Source: Dendrobates tinctorius
Taxonomy: Eukaryota
Assembly (NCBI RefSeq): GCF_039654945.1
Contig: NW_027361788.1
Span: 6,634,001-6,698,000, forward strand
Direction of reading: 5' to 3'
DNA: 64,000 nucleotides
The position numbers and the translations under genes were made by a program. The notes under the pieces are model-generated. The model was not told the origin of the DNA and did not search any database. It was given only the letters and a program-made list of their open reading frames with translations. Below, in pieces: positions 50,221-62,931 of this stretch; the stretch's first letter is position 1; each line of letters starts with the position of its first letter.

Positions 50221-51129
50221 GTGTGCTTTTGTTTTTCAAGATGTCTGTAATCTAGTACCTCCAAGATTAAGCTGTTTTTGTTTGTGGAAATTTGACAACA
50301 GTTATGTGGTTGAATCTGATAAAAAAAAAATGTTTTCAAACTTCCATCTCTCCCATTTTGTCTCTGAATAATGTTGTTTCTTCTGAGAGCAAAGGGCTTT
50401 CTGCTTAAAGGAATTCTGTCAGCACAGAATGACTGTTCAAACTGTCCCACTGTTTCATACTTTATGGTGAGGCCAATCATTTAAATATACCTTCACACCT
50501 ACTTTTTCCTTCTATCTCCACCCTCCAATCCCCTTCTTTGACAGCTCTGGCTTCATAAGGTCAAAGGAAGGTGGAGATAGATGGAAACCAAGCAGATGGA
50601 AAGGTGACACTTAAATGATTATCCACATCATGGCGCACCAAGTGCCTCTACTTGGTTTGAGCAATCATTCTTGGCTGACAGTCTGTTTAAAATATTTCCG
50701 AATCTACTCACAGGAATGTGCTGCACAACCTGGCCAAAGTCCCTTGCACCATCTAATTGTTCCCCTGAGAGAATACTCTTTACGCTTGTCCTCTGTTACA
50801 TGGTACACTATTACACCTCAGCCACAATCAGTAGGATGAAACTGAGCTGCAGTACCAGGTGCAGCCATTACAAAATGCATTCACTTGCAGATTGGTATAG
50901 CGGGTTCTACACTTTTCCTGTATTGGCCACTGTGAGGAAAATAATTGGCTGGCAGCAGCTTCCCTACCAGCAGAGAGAGACTTCATTTTAAGTGTGTTTT
51001 TTTGTTAACTTAATAAAATCTTGATAACTACAGAGGCATATAAGATTCTAATGCCAAACTGTGCCATTATTCTGCTAATTTTGAGCAATCCTCTGGGTTG
51101 TCATTCTAAAAGATGACATTTTTCTTCAT

Positions 51130-52170
51130 CTTCTACTTTTTAGCAAAGGTCTGAAGGTTTTGATGCAACATTAATTGATATTTGGAACTGTTTAGAATTC
51201 CCTCCACCTGAACTAAAGCCCCAATTCCAGCTGTCGAAAAACAGCCTCAAAGCATAATGCAGTCTCCACCATGCTTTACTGTGGGTATTGTGTTCTTTTG
51301 GTGATGCACAACGTTGGCTGTGCAGAACACGGCTTATGGCCAAAAATTTAACCTAGATCTCATCGGACATAATGCATTTTCAGCGTGGTTTTGCAGACTT
51401 GATGTCAATTTGGCAAAAGAAAGCCAACTTTGAAGCCTTTTCTTACTATTAAAATAATATCAGTCTTGCACCCTATCCCACAGATGACACATATGAATGC
51501 TTGTTGTCACATGCAGCACACAATCAGTACTAGCCAAAAATTATTTCAGATCCTTAAATGTTGCTCTAGCCCTCTTTTGCCTCCCTACCTATTTTGTTCT
51601 TGTCTTTTCATCAATTTTTGAGGGATGTCCAGTTTTAAGTAATGTTATTATTCTGCTTAATTTAAGTGACTTATTGATGACATCGTTAATGTTCAAAGGT
51701 AAATCTAATACCTTGGAAATTTTTTGTACCCTTCTCCTGTCTGATAACTTTCGACAACGAGATCCCCTTGTTGTTTTTTCAGCTGTTTATGAATCATAGC
51801 TTTTGCTGTAGACTGCAACTAAGAAAATGTCAGGAAAATTCTACTAGAACAGCAAAACTTTATATGAGATTAATCAAAATCACTATAAATGATGGCAGCT
51901 GTGTATTTACTACTACTACTAATGGCTTATTCTAAACACAACCACATGCCCAGGTATAAGAGGGTGTTCACACTTAAGCAACCAGATTATTTTAGTTTTG
52001 TTTTTATTTTTCATTTCAAAACTATTTCAGTTTATTTCTCAACGGATTTGTTCACATTATGGAAGACAAAGGTGGAAAAAGTTATGAAATGGTTCTTTTT
52101 GGTATGATTTTTTTTTCCACATGGCAACTTGGAATCTTAACAAGGGTGGCTAGACGTTTGTTTAAGCCCA
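51130..52170 (-). mobile_element. Highly decayed Tc1 remnant
   Basis: Minus-strand PTVKHGGDCIML..CF...G.GALV..EG motif around 51200-51290, with Tc1-like 5' sequence toward 52170. Boundaries approximate. Confidence 0.55.
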
Positions 52171-52352
52171 ATCTATGGTCTATGCATTTTTTCAGCGCTT
52201 CTGGTGGCCTGAAGCAATTTTTTGGAGCTGTTTGGCTACTAAGAGCGGCCCTGTAGCTGTAGTGTACTGCCATTAAATCTGTCAGATTAATATAATATTT
52301 TACATAAGATTATTTGCCCCTGTAATTGTTTTTTATTCTTTACGGCATGTAG

Positions 52353-52451
52353 GAAATTCAGCAAAATGTCAAATTCTGCAAAACCGCGAAGGTGACACCA
52401 ACTACACAACGTGTTGGACTGAATTACCATTTGTCTGCAATCACCAAAAAG
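52353..52451 (+). CDS. ADGRD2: ADGRD2-like coding exon 5 (C-terminal half of a C-type-lectin-like fold)
   Basis: Acceptor ...ATGTAG, donor GTAAAA, 99 nt, phase 1-1. Encodes GNSAKCQILQNREGDTNYTTCWTELPFVCNHQK. Cys spacing resembles the post-PTX segment of GPR144 (C...C....PF.C). Confidence 0.78.
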
Positions 52452-52823
52452 GTAAAATTTAGAGATTCTATAAATGTTATTCTTTGTTCAGAAAAAAATA
52501 CTTTTGGTTGCGCAGCTTTTCTGAAAGTTTTTTTTTTTTTTTTTAAACTTTGTTTTGATTCACTTTTCTTATTTTGTGTAATTGTTTTGAGAAATGACAT
52601 CCTCAAAATCTAAAAATAGTGGCTCTTTTTTGCTTTGTAAAACTACTGTTCCATCAATTCTGATCTAAATTTAAAATGGGCCATGGACCGGATAATTATG
52701 CATTGAATGTGGACTCAGACTTTGGATTTATGTTTTACATGTGCCATAAGCCATGGATGGTTGGCTAGACAGACCACATAGCACTTTCCCTTACCAAAAT
52801 CTTTTTATTTTTCTTTTCCCTAG

Positions 52824-52912
52824 AGGTCTATAAGCAGTTTCAAAATGCCAAAACGACGAGTCGCGAACAATCTTTTGCTAACAGAGTAAATATGATTGCA
52901 AATCGAAGTGTG
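52824..52912 (+). CDS. ADGRD2: ADGRD2-like coding exon 6
   Basis: Acceptor TTTTCTTTTCCCTAG, donor GTAAGT, 89 nt, phase 1 to 0. Encodes EVYKQFQNAKTTSREQSFANRVNMIANRSV, similar to the recalled GPR144 E.Y...Q.A...RVN..AN..V. Confidence 0.8.
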
Positions 52913-53362
52913 GTAAGTTTTTGTGTTTGTAGTTACTTTTCTATTGTTGGTTCTAATGTTTCAGCATTTACAGATATAGCAGTCACCAAAATGATTAGCG
53001 ACCCTCTATTGTAATGTTGTAGTATGCCATAGAAATCCATGCTATTACTTCGGGGCTGTCAGAGGTCTCAATGATTTAAAAATAACTCAAATAACTCAAT
53101 TATCAGCTACAGTTTATGAAATTACAATACTGACAAATTATTACGTAGCATCAAGAATTAATTGACTTTCTCAGGAGCACGGCGCTGCTAGCTCCAACTT
53201 GGCTCTTGTTAGATTATTATCTACAAAGTGACTGAAATCTGTGATGTTATATTTAATAAATATTTGTTTGCATTTTTTTCGTATATGACATCACAGATTT
53301 GTCTTTCACTTTGCAGAAAAGGATTTAACAAAGGCCAACTTGGCGCTAGTAGTGTGTATGTA

Positions 53363-54027
53363 CAGTGGGGAAAATAAGTATTTGATACAATGCTGATTTT
53401 TGCACGTTTTCACACCTACAAATAATGGAGAGGTCTGTCATTTTTATTGTAGGTACACTTCACCTGTGAGAGACAGAATCTAAAAAAACTCCAGAAAAGC
53501 AGATTGTATTATTTTTACATAATTAAAATGCATTTTATTGCATGAAAGAAATATTTCATCACGTACCAACCAGCAAGAATACTGGTTCTCACAGACCTGT
53601 TAGTTTTTCTTTAGGATGCCTTCTTATCTACACTCACTATCTGTATTAATTGCACCTGTTTGAACTTGTTACCTGCATAAAAGACACCTGTCTACACATT
53701 CAATCAATCACACTCCTACCTTTCCGTCATGGCCAAGACCAAAAGAGCTATCTAAGGACACCAGGGACAAAATTGTAGATCTGCACAAGGCTGGGATGGG
53801 CTACAGGACAATAGGCAAGCAGCTTGGTGAGAAGGCAACTGTTGTCTTTCTTCCATTTTCTAATAATTGTGCCAAGAGGACTATCAATCTTCCTCGGTCT
53901 GGGGTTCCATGCAAGATCTCACCTTGTGGGGTAACGATGGTTCTGGGAAAGGTCAAGACTCAGCCCAGAACTTCACAGGAGGACCTGGTCAATGATCTGA
54001 AGAGAGTTGGGACCACAGTCTCAAACA
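53363..54027 (+). mobile_element. Tc1 transposon 5' half (truncated)
   Basis: TA-CAGTGGGGAAAATAAGTATTTGA terminus. ATGGCCAAGACC at 53729, then [28 protein letters not shown]...[12 protein letters not shown]...[21 protein letters not shown]. Confidence 0.85.
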
Positions 54028-54689
54028 TGCAAATCAAAAAAGCATGTTTAACGCGAAACTGCCGTAGTCCTGTTTCTTGTCTGCATGCCTGCACTTATCC
54101 TGCCCTCACAAACCTTGTCCATGTATGCTTTTCTAAAATAAAGGACTTAGGTTTTTATTATACGGTCAAACGCTTTTTTCCTTATTTTTTGGACAGTCTC
54201 AAACATTGCTATTAGTAACACACTACACCGTTATGGATTAACATCCTCCATTGCATGCAAGTAGTGATGATCGAGCACGCTTGTCACTGCTCGGTGCTCG
54301 CCCGAGCATCGCTGTACTTGTGATTCTCGGAGTTCGACGAGTATTTCCGGGATTGCTCGGCGGGAGTTTGGGTCCCCGCCCTGCATGATTGGCACTCTTT
54401 AGAGCGCCAATCAACATGCAGTGATTGTCTGCCACAAACTGTAATGCTGCAGCCATATTGGTTGTGGCACTACAGTGATTGATTGGGCGCACAGCGTCAT
54501 TATGTCTATAGTAGTCTGGACGCCGCCCTGCTCATCACAGTCTGCTCTGGACTCAGTCAGTGTAGGGAGAGTTGCTGCTGAGATAGGAAGAGATTTGCAA
54601 TTTTATTAGTGTGGGTATACTATCTGTAATAAACAAGTCCATCTCAACCAACAGACCTTCTGAGGATTAATCAAGGTGTAAATAGGTAT

Positions 54690-54957
54690 CAGTGCTAGGC
54701 AGACAGGCAGTGTATGTGGGTATATAGATATCAGTGGCAGGTAGGCAGTGTATGTGGGTATATGGATATCAGTGGCAGGCAGGCAGGCAGTGTATGTGGG
54801 TATATAGATATCAGTGGCAGGCAGGCAGTGTATATGGGTATATAGATATCAGTGGCAGACAGGCAGTGTATGTGGGTATATAGATATCAGTGCTAAGCAG
54901 GCAGGCAGTGTATGTGGGTATGTAGATATCAGTGTTAGGCAGGCAGGCAGTGTATGT
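54690..54957. repeat. 36-41-bp minisatellite, about seven copies
   Basis: Unit GCAGTGTATGTGGGTATATAGATATCAGTG(GCAG)n. Confidence 0.9.
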
Positions 54958-55206
54958 TGCCCACTTTATTGCATATAGCAAGATGGTCTATTCCAGTACT
55001 GTCTGCTGCTGTTACCTATTACAGATATTTATATATATAGTCCCAGGTACCAGGGGCCAGGAATAATTTTTTTGGGATCTTAATACTGATTATTTTCTTT
55101 AAAAGCAATCCAGAGCACACCGTTTTTCTGCTCCATTTGCTTGTTGGCAATGCAGAATACAGCCAGATCCTTTCTATTTTACAGCGTAAAAATCCATCTA
55201 TTTTAA

Positions 55207-57191
55207 TCCCTTTCTGACATTAGACGGACTATCCTGTCCATGTGCCCTGGGACTTACTGCCCATGGACGGGATAGTACGTCATGTGCGATCAACCGCGCT
55301 CATGGGGGTGAGTGGCTGATCGCGGCTGGGTGTCAGCTGATTCTCACAGCTGACACCGGCACTAAGTGCCAGGAGCGGTCACGAATCGTTCCTGGCACTT
55401 TAACCCCCAGAATAAGATTGCAGCATTCCAGAACCGGCAGAGGGACTGACATCCGATTTTTCAGACCTGAGAGACTTCCTGTCATGCGCAATGATGACCA
55501 GGAAGTCTCTCGGGTCAGTGTATAGAAGCTGCAGCACTGACAGCTTCTATAGCATGCAGATCTGTATGCAATAGAAGCGATCAGCCTTCATAAAATGAGT
55601 GTCCCATAGTGGGACAAAGTGTAAAAGTAAGAATTAAATAAAAAAATTTTGTTAAAATAATTGTAAAAATATTTTTAAAAAATAATAATAAAAAAATCAA
55701 TATTTATTCCATCAATAAAAAATTATATTTATTTCCATTTTCGCGTTAGGGTTGGTGCTATAGCTAGTGTTAGCGTTGGGGCTAAAGTTAGGGTTGGGGC
55801 TAAAGTTAGGGTTAGTTTTGGGGCTAAAGTTAGGATTATGGTTATGGTTGGGATTATGATTGTAGTTAGGGTTGGGATTAGAGTTACGGGTATGTTAGGG
55901 TTAGGTTTGTGGTTACAGTTGGTATTAGGGTTAGGGATTGTTGGGGTTAGGGTTGGAGTTAGTATTAGGGAGTTTCCACTGTTTAGGCACATCAGGGGCT
56001 CTTCAAATGCGACATGGCATTTGATCTCAATTCCAGCCAATTTTCATTGAAAAGTCAAACGCGCTCCTTCCATTCTGAGCTCTGCCATGCACGCAAACAG
56101 TGGTTTACCCCCACAACTAGGATATCAGCATACTCAGGACAAATTGCACAACAAGTTTTGGGGTCCAATTTATCCTGTTACCCTTGGGAAAATAAAACAT
56201 TGGGGGCGAAAAGATCATTTTTGTGAAAAAAATGATTTTTTTATTTTTACGACTCTACATTATAAACTTCTGTGAAGCACTTGGGCGTTCAAACTGCTCA
56301 ACATACATCTACATAAGTTCTATAGGTGGTCTACTTTCCAAAATGGTGTCACTTGTGGGAGATTTCCACTGTTTAGGCACATCAGGGGATCTCCAAACGT
56401 GACCTGGCGTCCGATCTCAATTCCAGCCAGTTTTGCATTGAAAGTCAAATGGCGCTCCTTCCCTTCCAATCTCTGCCATGCGCCCAAACAGTGGTTTACC
56501 ACAACATATGGGGTATCAGCGTACTCCGGAAAAATTGTACAACAACTTTTGGGGTCCAATTTCTTCTGTTACCCTTGGTAAAATAAAACAAATTGGATCT
56601 GACATAAATTACTTGTGAGAAAAGTTAAATGTTAATTTTTTTTAAACATTCCAAAAATTCCTGTGAAGCACCTGAAGGGTTAATAAACTTCTTGAATGTG
56701 GTTTTTGAGCACCTTGAGGGGTAAAGATTTTAGATTGGCATCACTTTTGGGTATTTTCTGTCATATAGACCCCTCAAAATGACTTCAAATGTAAAAATGA
56801 GAAATCGCTGGTCAACTTTTAACCCTTATAACTTACTAGAATTTGGTTGCAAAATTGTGCTGATTTAAAGTAGACATGTGGGAAATGTTACATATTAAGT
56901 GTTTTATGTGACATATATCTGTGATTTAAGGGTATGAAAATTCAAAGTTGGAAAATTGCGAAATTTTCAAAATTTTCACCAAATTTCCATTTTTTTCCAC
57001 AAATAAATGCAAGTCATATCAAAGAAATTTTACCACTATCATGAGGTACAATATGTCACGAGTAAACATTGTCGGAATCACCAGGATTCATGGAAGCGTT
57101 CCAGAGTTATTGCCTCATAAAGGGACAGTGGTCAGAATTGTAAAAATTGGCCTGGTCATTAACATGCATACCACCCTTGGGGGTAAAGGGG
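55207..57191. mobile_element. piggyBac-like non-autonomous TTAA element with internal TTAGGG-like repeats
   Basis: TTAA-TCCCTTT...AAAGGGG-TTAA (55203-06, 57192-95), internal about 390-bp duplication (TTTCCACTGTTTAGGCACATCAGGGG at about 55973 and 56363), GTTAGG-like array at 55745-55970. Confidence 0.8.
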
Positions 57192-60100
57192 TTAAATGGG
57201 TTTGGCCATCATACGGTACACATCTCAGTGTGTTGAAAATTCTGCAATTTCTGGCCTACTGTTAAATTTTTTGTTATAGTGTCTTAGATAAGACACCAGT
57301 TTGCTGAAAAAAAACCCCATTTGCCTACAGGTCAGATATTTTAAGCTGGGGTTTTCCCCTCACACAGATCACATATAAGTTTGCTCCAATGTCAGCCATT
57401 TGTAGTGAACATTGAAAATATTGCACTCCATTTAAAATGGGCAAGGCGAGTGGCAAGGGGACATGAAAGTGGATGTGATGGTAATGGTCTTCTCGCCCGA
57501 CTTTCCTATCCCAATTACTAGAGGACCGCAGCAGCACACCACTATTGAACCCAGAGCAGTGTCAAAAGTTTGTTGGTTGAATAGTGGATAATGCTTCCAG
57601 TCACTTTTCTGCCTCCACCACTACCACCCTGTCTTCAACACAGTAAAGTCTGAAGAGCCATGAGTCTGGACCGCATATTCCTCACCCTAATCCTCCTTCC
57701 TCCCACCATGCCGAGTGCCCGGAGACAGCTGATCCCACACTTGGACACTCCAAGGAGCTGTTCACTTTTCCATTTATAGATCCGGGCCTCTCGCCCGGGG
57801 CAAGAGGAGATCGCATGTAGCGATGCCCAAATATTGGAGCAGTCATGGTCACACAAAGGTGACGGGGAGAAAGTGTCACAAGAAGTGGACGAAGATGAGA
57901 CACAATTGCCAGAAAGTCAGGAGGAGGACCAGGGTGTGGAAGTGGAGGATGAGGTGGTGGATGATATAGTAACTGACCCAAGCTGGCAAGAGGACAGCAG
58001 CACACAGTGGGAAGGAGCTGTAGCACCCCAACAGGCAGGAAGAAGCAGTGTGGTGGCTACAGACAGAAGGCAGGCAACCATTCCCGGTAACACCAACACG
58101 GCAGAAGATACCAGTACAGCTGTTAGGTCTTCTGGTTGTTTTTAAAGACTCTGCCGATATCCCCAAAAAGGCAATTTGCACCACCTGCCAGGCAAGCATC
58201 AGCAGGTTTAGCAAAACTACTAGCGTGACCACCACCAGCATGATCAGGCACATGGCAGCAAAACTCCTGACTTTGTGGGCCAAACCCCAGGGTCCAGGAA
58301 CAGTGTCTGCGGGTTACACCACTTCTTCCACTGTTGTGCGTGCAAGCCAATACCCTGTCCATGGTGCATGCGAAGATGCCTCCTGCCCTGCACCTGTCAT
58401 TGCACACACTCAACTAGCAACATCAGCAAGCACGTCCACGTCCTTGTCCCAGCGCAGCGTCAAGTAGTCCATACCCCAGTCTTTGGAATGCAAGCGCCAA
58501 TACGCCCAATACGCAGCCAGCGCCCCACAGGCCACACTACTAAATTCACACATTTATCGATTGCTTGCACTCGAAATGTGGCCTTTTAGACTCATGGAGA
58601 TGGAAGCTTTCTGCTACTTGATGGCGGCGGCCATCCCTCGGTACTCGGTCCCCAGCAGCCACTATTTCTCCCGGTGTGCCGTCCCCGCATTACACAAGCA
58701 CATGTCCCACAACACTAACCGTACCCTCAACAATGCACTTACTGGGAAAGTCCACCAAACCATGGACACGTGGACAAGTGCTTGTGGGTAGGGACAGGTA
58801 CATCTTGCTGATGGCACACTGGGTTAACATATTGAAAGTCGGGACCCAGTCGGACTTTGGGATGGAACACGTCCTCCCGATACTGAGGATTGCGAGCCCT
58901 ACGTCAATCAGGGTTGCTCTCACAGTCTACTGCTCCTGCACCTCGTCCTTCTCCTCTTCAGCCTCCATCTTCGAAATGATCACATCAGTCACAAGGTGGA
59001 AGCACTGCAGCACTGCCTCAGCCAGGGGTGACGCTTGTGTGTTGACAGCCCCCATCTATCTCCCCCTGGGCCTCCCTGACGATTTGTGCCAAATTGTTTG
59101 GTATGTATTTAACAACTCTGCGCTTTTGTGTGCATACTTTTTTTATGATTACGCATGTGCTTGATTCATGTTAAGCCATGCTGTGGCACTTTAGGATTGG
59201 CTGCATGGGGAGTATTTATTAGTTGTAATTTTGATTAAAATAGTATGATAATTAATTGGGGTATTTATGTCCCCACACCAGCGCCCTGTGTTCTTTAGCT
59301 GGATTCACTTTGTGGTGTTTTTGCCTTTTAAACCTCTAAATGTATTTAATAAAGCATTTTTCTGCTAATTCTTTGATCACAATATGGACTGTGAGATCTT
59401 TTTTTGTCTTTTGTATGTTAATGCTGAAGAGTTGTGGACAGCTCTGAAAGAGCAGGCAGATCTGTGGCTGACACCGCTGAACCTACAGCCAGGCATGGTC
59501 GTATGTGACAATGGCCACAACCTGGTGGTGGCTCTGAGGCGAGGCGAGCTCATACATGTACCATTCCTTGCCCATATGCTTAACCTCGTTGTTCAGTAGT
59601 TTCTAAAGACCTACCCAGAGCTGCCAGATCTGCTTGTGAAAGTACGCTACCTGGGTGCCCATTTTAGAAAGTCAGCTACAGGTTCCGCCGCTCTTGCCGT
59701 GCTTCAGCAGCGTTTGCAGCTTTCCGCTCACTGACTGGTGTGTGATGTCCCCACTCATGGGAACTCTACACTGCAGGTGTTGGAAAGGATTTGTGAGCAG
59801 AAGAGGGCAGTTGTTGACTACCAGCATCAACAAGGCCGTTGGTATTCAGTTCAGACTCCACACATAAGACCTCAGGAGTGGACCTCGATGTCAGACATAT
59901 GTACCATCCTCCGAAACTTTGCGGACTCTACCAAGAAGGTGAGTGGTGATGATGCCATAATTAGCATCACCATCCTGCTTCTCTGTCTTCTGAAAAGCTC
60001 TCTGCTCTCAATCAAAGTGGTTGCATTGCAGGCAGAGCACAATGAGATGGAGCAAGGAACCATACATGGTGATTGCACACAACCCATCCTCATCTCATCC

Positions 60101-60509
60101 CAACATTGACTGGGTGACAATAAGGAGGCGGAGGAATAATAGGAGCTTCTTTCATGAGCTGTAGATGGTACTACAAGCACAACTGTCATACTGTCTGCTC
60201 AGCGTAGATGGCCTGAGGACAGGGAGGAGGAGGAGAGCATGGTCAGTCGTCCTCTTGGTGGAAGTCTTGCCTGTTAGCAGTCTAGCACGCATGGCTGAAT
60301 TTGTTACGCTGCCTTTCCCATGACCCTCACGTCCTCAAAATTTTGGGTGACAGTCATTACTGGTTGGTGACACTTCTAGACCCAGGCTACAAGGAGAACT
60401 TTCTATCTCTTATTCCAGAGGCAGACAGGTTATAAAAAAAATTCCCATCTGCCGCCAGAGCTTTCAGAGGTCACAGTTCACCACACAAAGAAGGAAATAA
60501 GGAGAGCCG

Positions 60510-61250
60510 GCAATACAATCAATACTTATAATAAAATAATATAATGTAAGATCATATATATATATTAATTAATTGCCAGCAAAATGGAAATACTATAGGG
60601 ACAGTCGTAATTTAACTAAAGAAAACACACAAAAGACAACACGACCACCATAAGTCCCAGAATAGAGTATAATGTTTATTATTACAATCAGATAACATCA
60701 GGTATTAAAACAGATATCAATATATGGAATATAACGATCTTTTATACATATATTGAAGAAATTGTATCAGAAATATGGGCAATACTACCCCTATAGGACA
60801 TACATACATCTAGCAGTATACAGTTGTAAAAATTGTGCAAAAAAATAAAAAATGAAAATAAAAATAATAATAATAAAAATTATTATATAAAAATAAAAAA
60901 ATGTATAATATAAAATGTGACACTATAAATTAGTGACGTGTATCATGATTTATAATAAATATGCATTGCAAAAAAATCAGTGCTCATATATCATATGTGG
61001 ATCATTGAATAAAAATGTGCCCAGTGTAATTGAAAAATAAGTGTCAGTATGTCTATGCAGACCATACAAGTGTAAAAACTGCAAAAGGTGTCAAAAAAAG
61101 ATCTGTATGTCTGCTGACCAGGAGAGCGATATCCCATAAACAATATCAAAACCATAAGTAATGTATAACTTACAAAGTGTGCTGTATAAATTAATCCTGG
61201 TCTCCTGGGATAGATGCCCTGCCCTGACGCGCGTTTCAGCGCTAAGCCTT
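60510..61250 (-). mobile_element. Penelope pseudo-LTR remnant
   Basis: Minus-strand GAAGGCTTAGCGCTGAAACGCGCGTCAGGG (3' half of a hammerhead) at about 61222-61252, followed by a long T-rich tract. Confidence 0.45.
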
Positions 61251-61375
61251 CTGGGGTTCCCCCATCAAGTATGGGGCCAGTACCTCTGTCCACTGCTCTG
61301 GCAGGAGTTTCTCCCTCTCGACGACCATTTCAAACACTGTCTGGAAAGCTTCAACTTTGCGAATTCTCCGTTGCA
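61250..61375 (-). mobile_element. Gypsy (Gmr1-like) gag fragment
   Basis: VEAFQTVFEMVVEREKLLPEQWTEVLAPYLMGEPQKA matches the Gmr1-type capsid motif EA(F/Y)L..FER.A......QW...LAP.L.G..Q.A. Confidence 0.7.
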
Positions 61376-61690
61376 GAATCTTCAACCTCAACAACGCAAT
61401 TCTCCACTGCTGTCTCTTCAGCTTCAATATTGCAATGCTCCAGAGCAGTTTCTTCAGTCTCAACACTTCAATTCACTGCAGGTTCTTCAGCTTTAATATT
61501 GCAGTTCTCCTGTGCATGTTCTTCAACCTCAACACTGCAATTCACTGCAGGTTCTTCAGCTTCAACATTTGAATTTTCCAGTGCAGATTCTTCAGCCTCA
61601 ACACTGCAATTCTTCACTGCCGGGTCTTCAGGCTCAACACTGAAATTATCCAATGCTGGTTCTTGAGCCTCAACACTGCAATTCACTGCA
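61375..61690. repeat. 33-36-bp tandem repeat, about nine copies
   Basis: Unit TTCTTCA(A/G)CCTCAACACTGCAATTC(TCC)ACTGCAGG. Confidence 0.85.
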
Positions 61691-62505
61691 TAGGCAAACA
61701 GTATGTGAGTACCATCTTCCTTATAATGGGAACATTACTTTCAGGTGGCCATCCTGCACGTCTGTTCAAAAGGTTATTGTGGTGTGTCTAAAGTTGGGGC
61801 AGGACAGGCCTTTGCATTCAATGCATAGGCAAGCAGCATGGGAATACCAAATTCCTAATAATTGGAACATTGCTTTCAGGTGGCCATCCAGGACATCTGT
61901 TCAAAGGTTTACTGGAGTGCGTCCAAATTTGGGACAGGCCTTGCATTCACTTCATGGGCAAACAGTATGGGAGTACCAACTTCCTAATAATGGCAACATT
62001 TCTTTCAGGTGGCCCACCTGTACGTCTGTTCAAAGGGTTATTGTGGTGTGTCTAAATTTGCGGCAAGGCAGGCCTTACATTCACTGCACAGGCAAACAGT
62101 ATGAGAATACCAAATTCCTAAGAATAGGAACATTGCTTTCAGGTGGCCATCCTGTATGTATCTTCAAAGGGTTATTGGGATGCGTCCAAATTTGGGGCAG
62201 GCCTTGTATTCACTGCATAGGCAAACAGTATGGGAGTACTAACTTCATAATAATAGGAGCAATGCTTTCATGTGGCCATCCTGTATGTCTGTTCAAAGGG
62301 TTATTGTGGTGCGTATAAATTTGGAGCAGGGCAGGCCTTGCATTCACTGCGTAGGCAAACAGTACCAAATTCCTAATAATGGGAACATTGCTTTCAGGAG
62401 GCCGTCCTGTACGTCTCTTCAAAGAGGTAATGGAGTGCTTCCAAATTTTGGGCAGCCCTGTCACTCACTGTATAGGGGACCCACTGTTTAATAATGGGAA
62501 CAACA
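61680..62505. repeat. About 125-132-bp tandem repeat, six to seven copies
   Basis: CATTCACTGCATAGGCAAACAGTATGGGAGTACC...AATGGGAACATTGCTTTCAGGTGGCC recurs at about 61680, 61815, 61945, 62078, 62207 and 62341. Confidence 0.9.
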
Positions 62506-62931
62506 GCGCATAGCCGGCTGATGGCTCTCTAAGAATAGTGAGGGCTGACTACTGGCCCTTTAAGAATAGTAAAGACAGCCTGATGTCCCTATAAAAATAG
62601 GTTTTGTGACTTTCAGAGTCCCTCCTTCATAATTGAAACAGGATGTGTCTGATGATGTGTCACACACCACATGGCCAGATAAGGTTGTACAATACTAAAA
62701 TGACATTTCTCAGTGAAAGCATTTGTCTTTGTTGAAAACAATGCTAAAGTTGAGAAATGCATCAAAAACGCTACGCGTGAACATAGCCCAAGGTGTGGAG
62801 GAGCATTTCTGTTTTGGTTATTTATTTTGCCTTATATACAAATCATTACCCTGAAAAGGATGTTCCTTAACATATTGCCCAGGACAATCGATTTTGTTTT
62901 CGTTTTTGTATGTTTTATTGTGAGTCTTTAA

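Larger units (their letters stand above)
54263..60480 (+). mobile_element. Second large hAT element with a decayed transposase (about 57437-60480)
   Basis: Left end TAGTGATGATCGAGC with CTCGG/CCGAG motifs. BED-like KKAICTTC...TSMIRHMAAK, LLALEMWPFRLME, PRYSVPSSHYFSRCAVPALH, GKVH.T.DTWTS, VVCDNG, LAHMLNLVVQ, CDVPT.GNST. Many stops and frameshifts, interrupted at 55207-57191 and about 59025-59420. Right TIR not found. Confidence 0.85.

Noticed and set aside
55745-55970. True telomere or chromosome fusion site
   Set aside because: Short, degenerate, single orientation and internal to a TTAA transposon.
61214-62491. Long ORFs (150 aa and 221 aa) as novel repeat proteins
   Set aside because: They are translations of tandem repeats with shifting frames and no gene structure.
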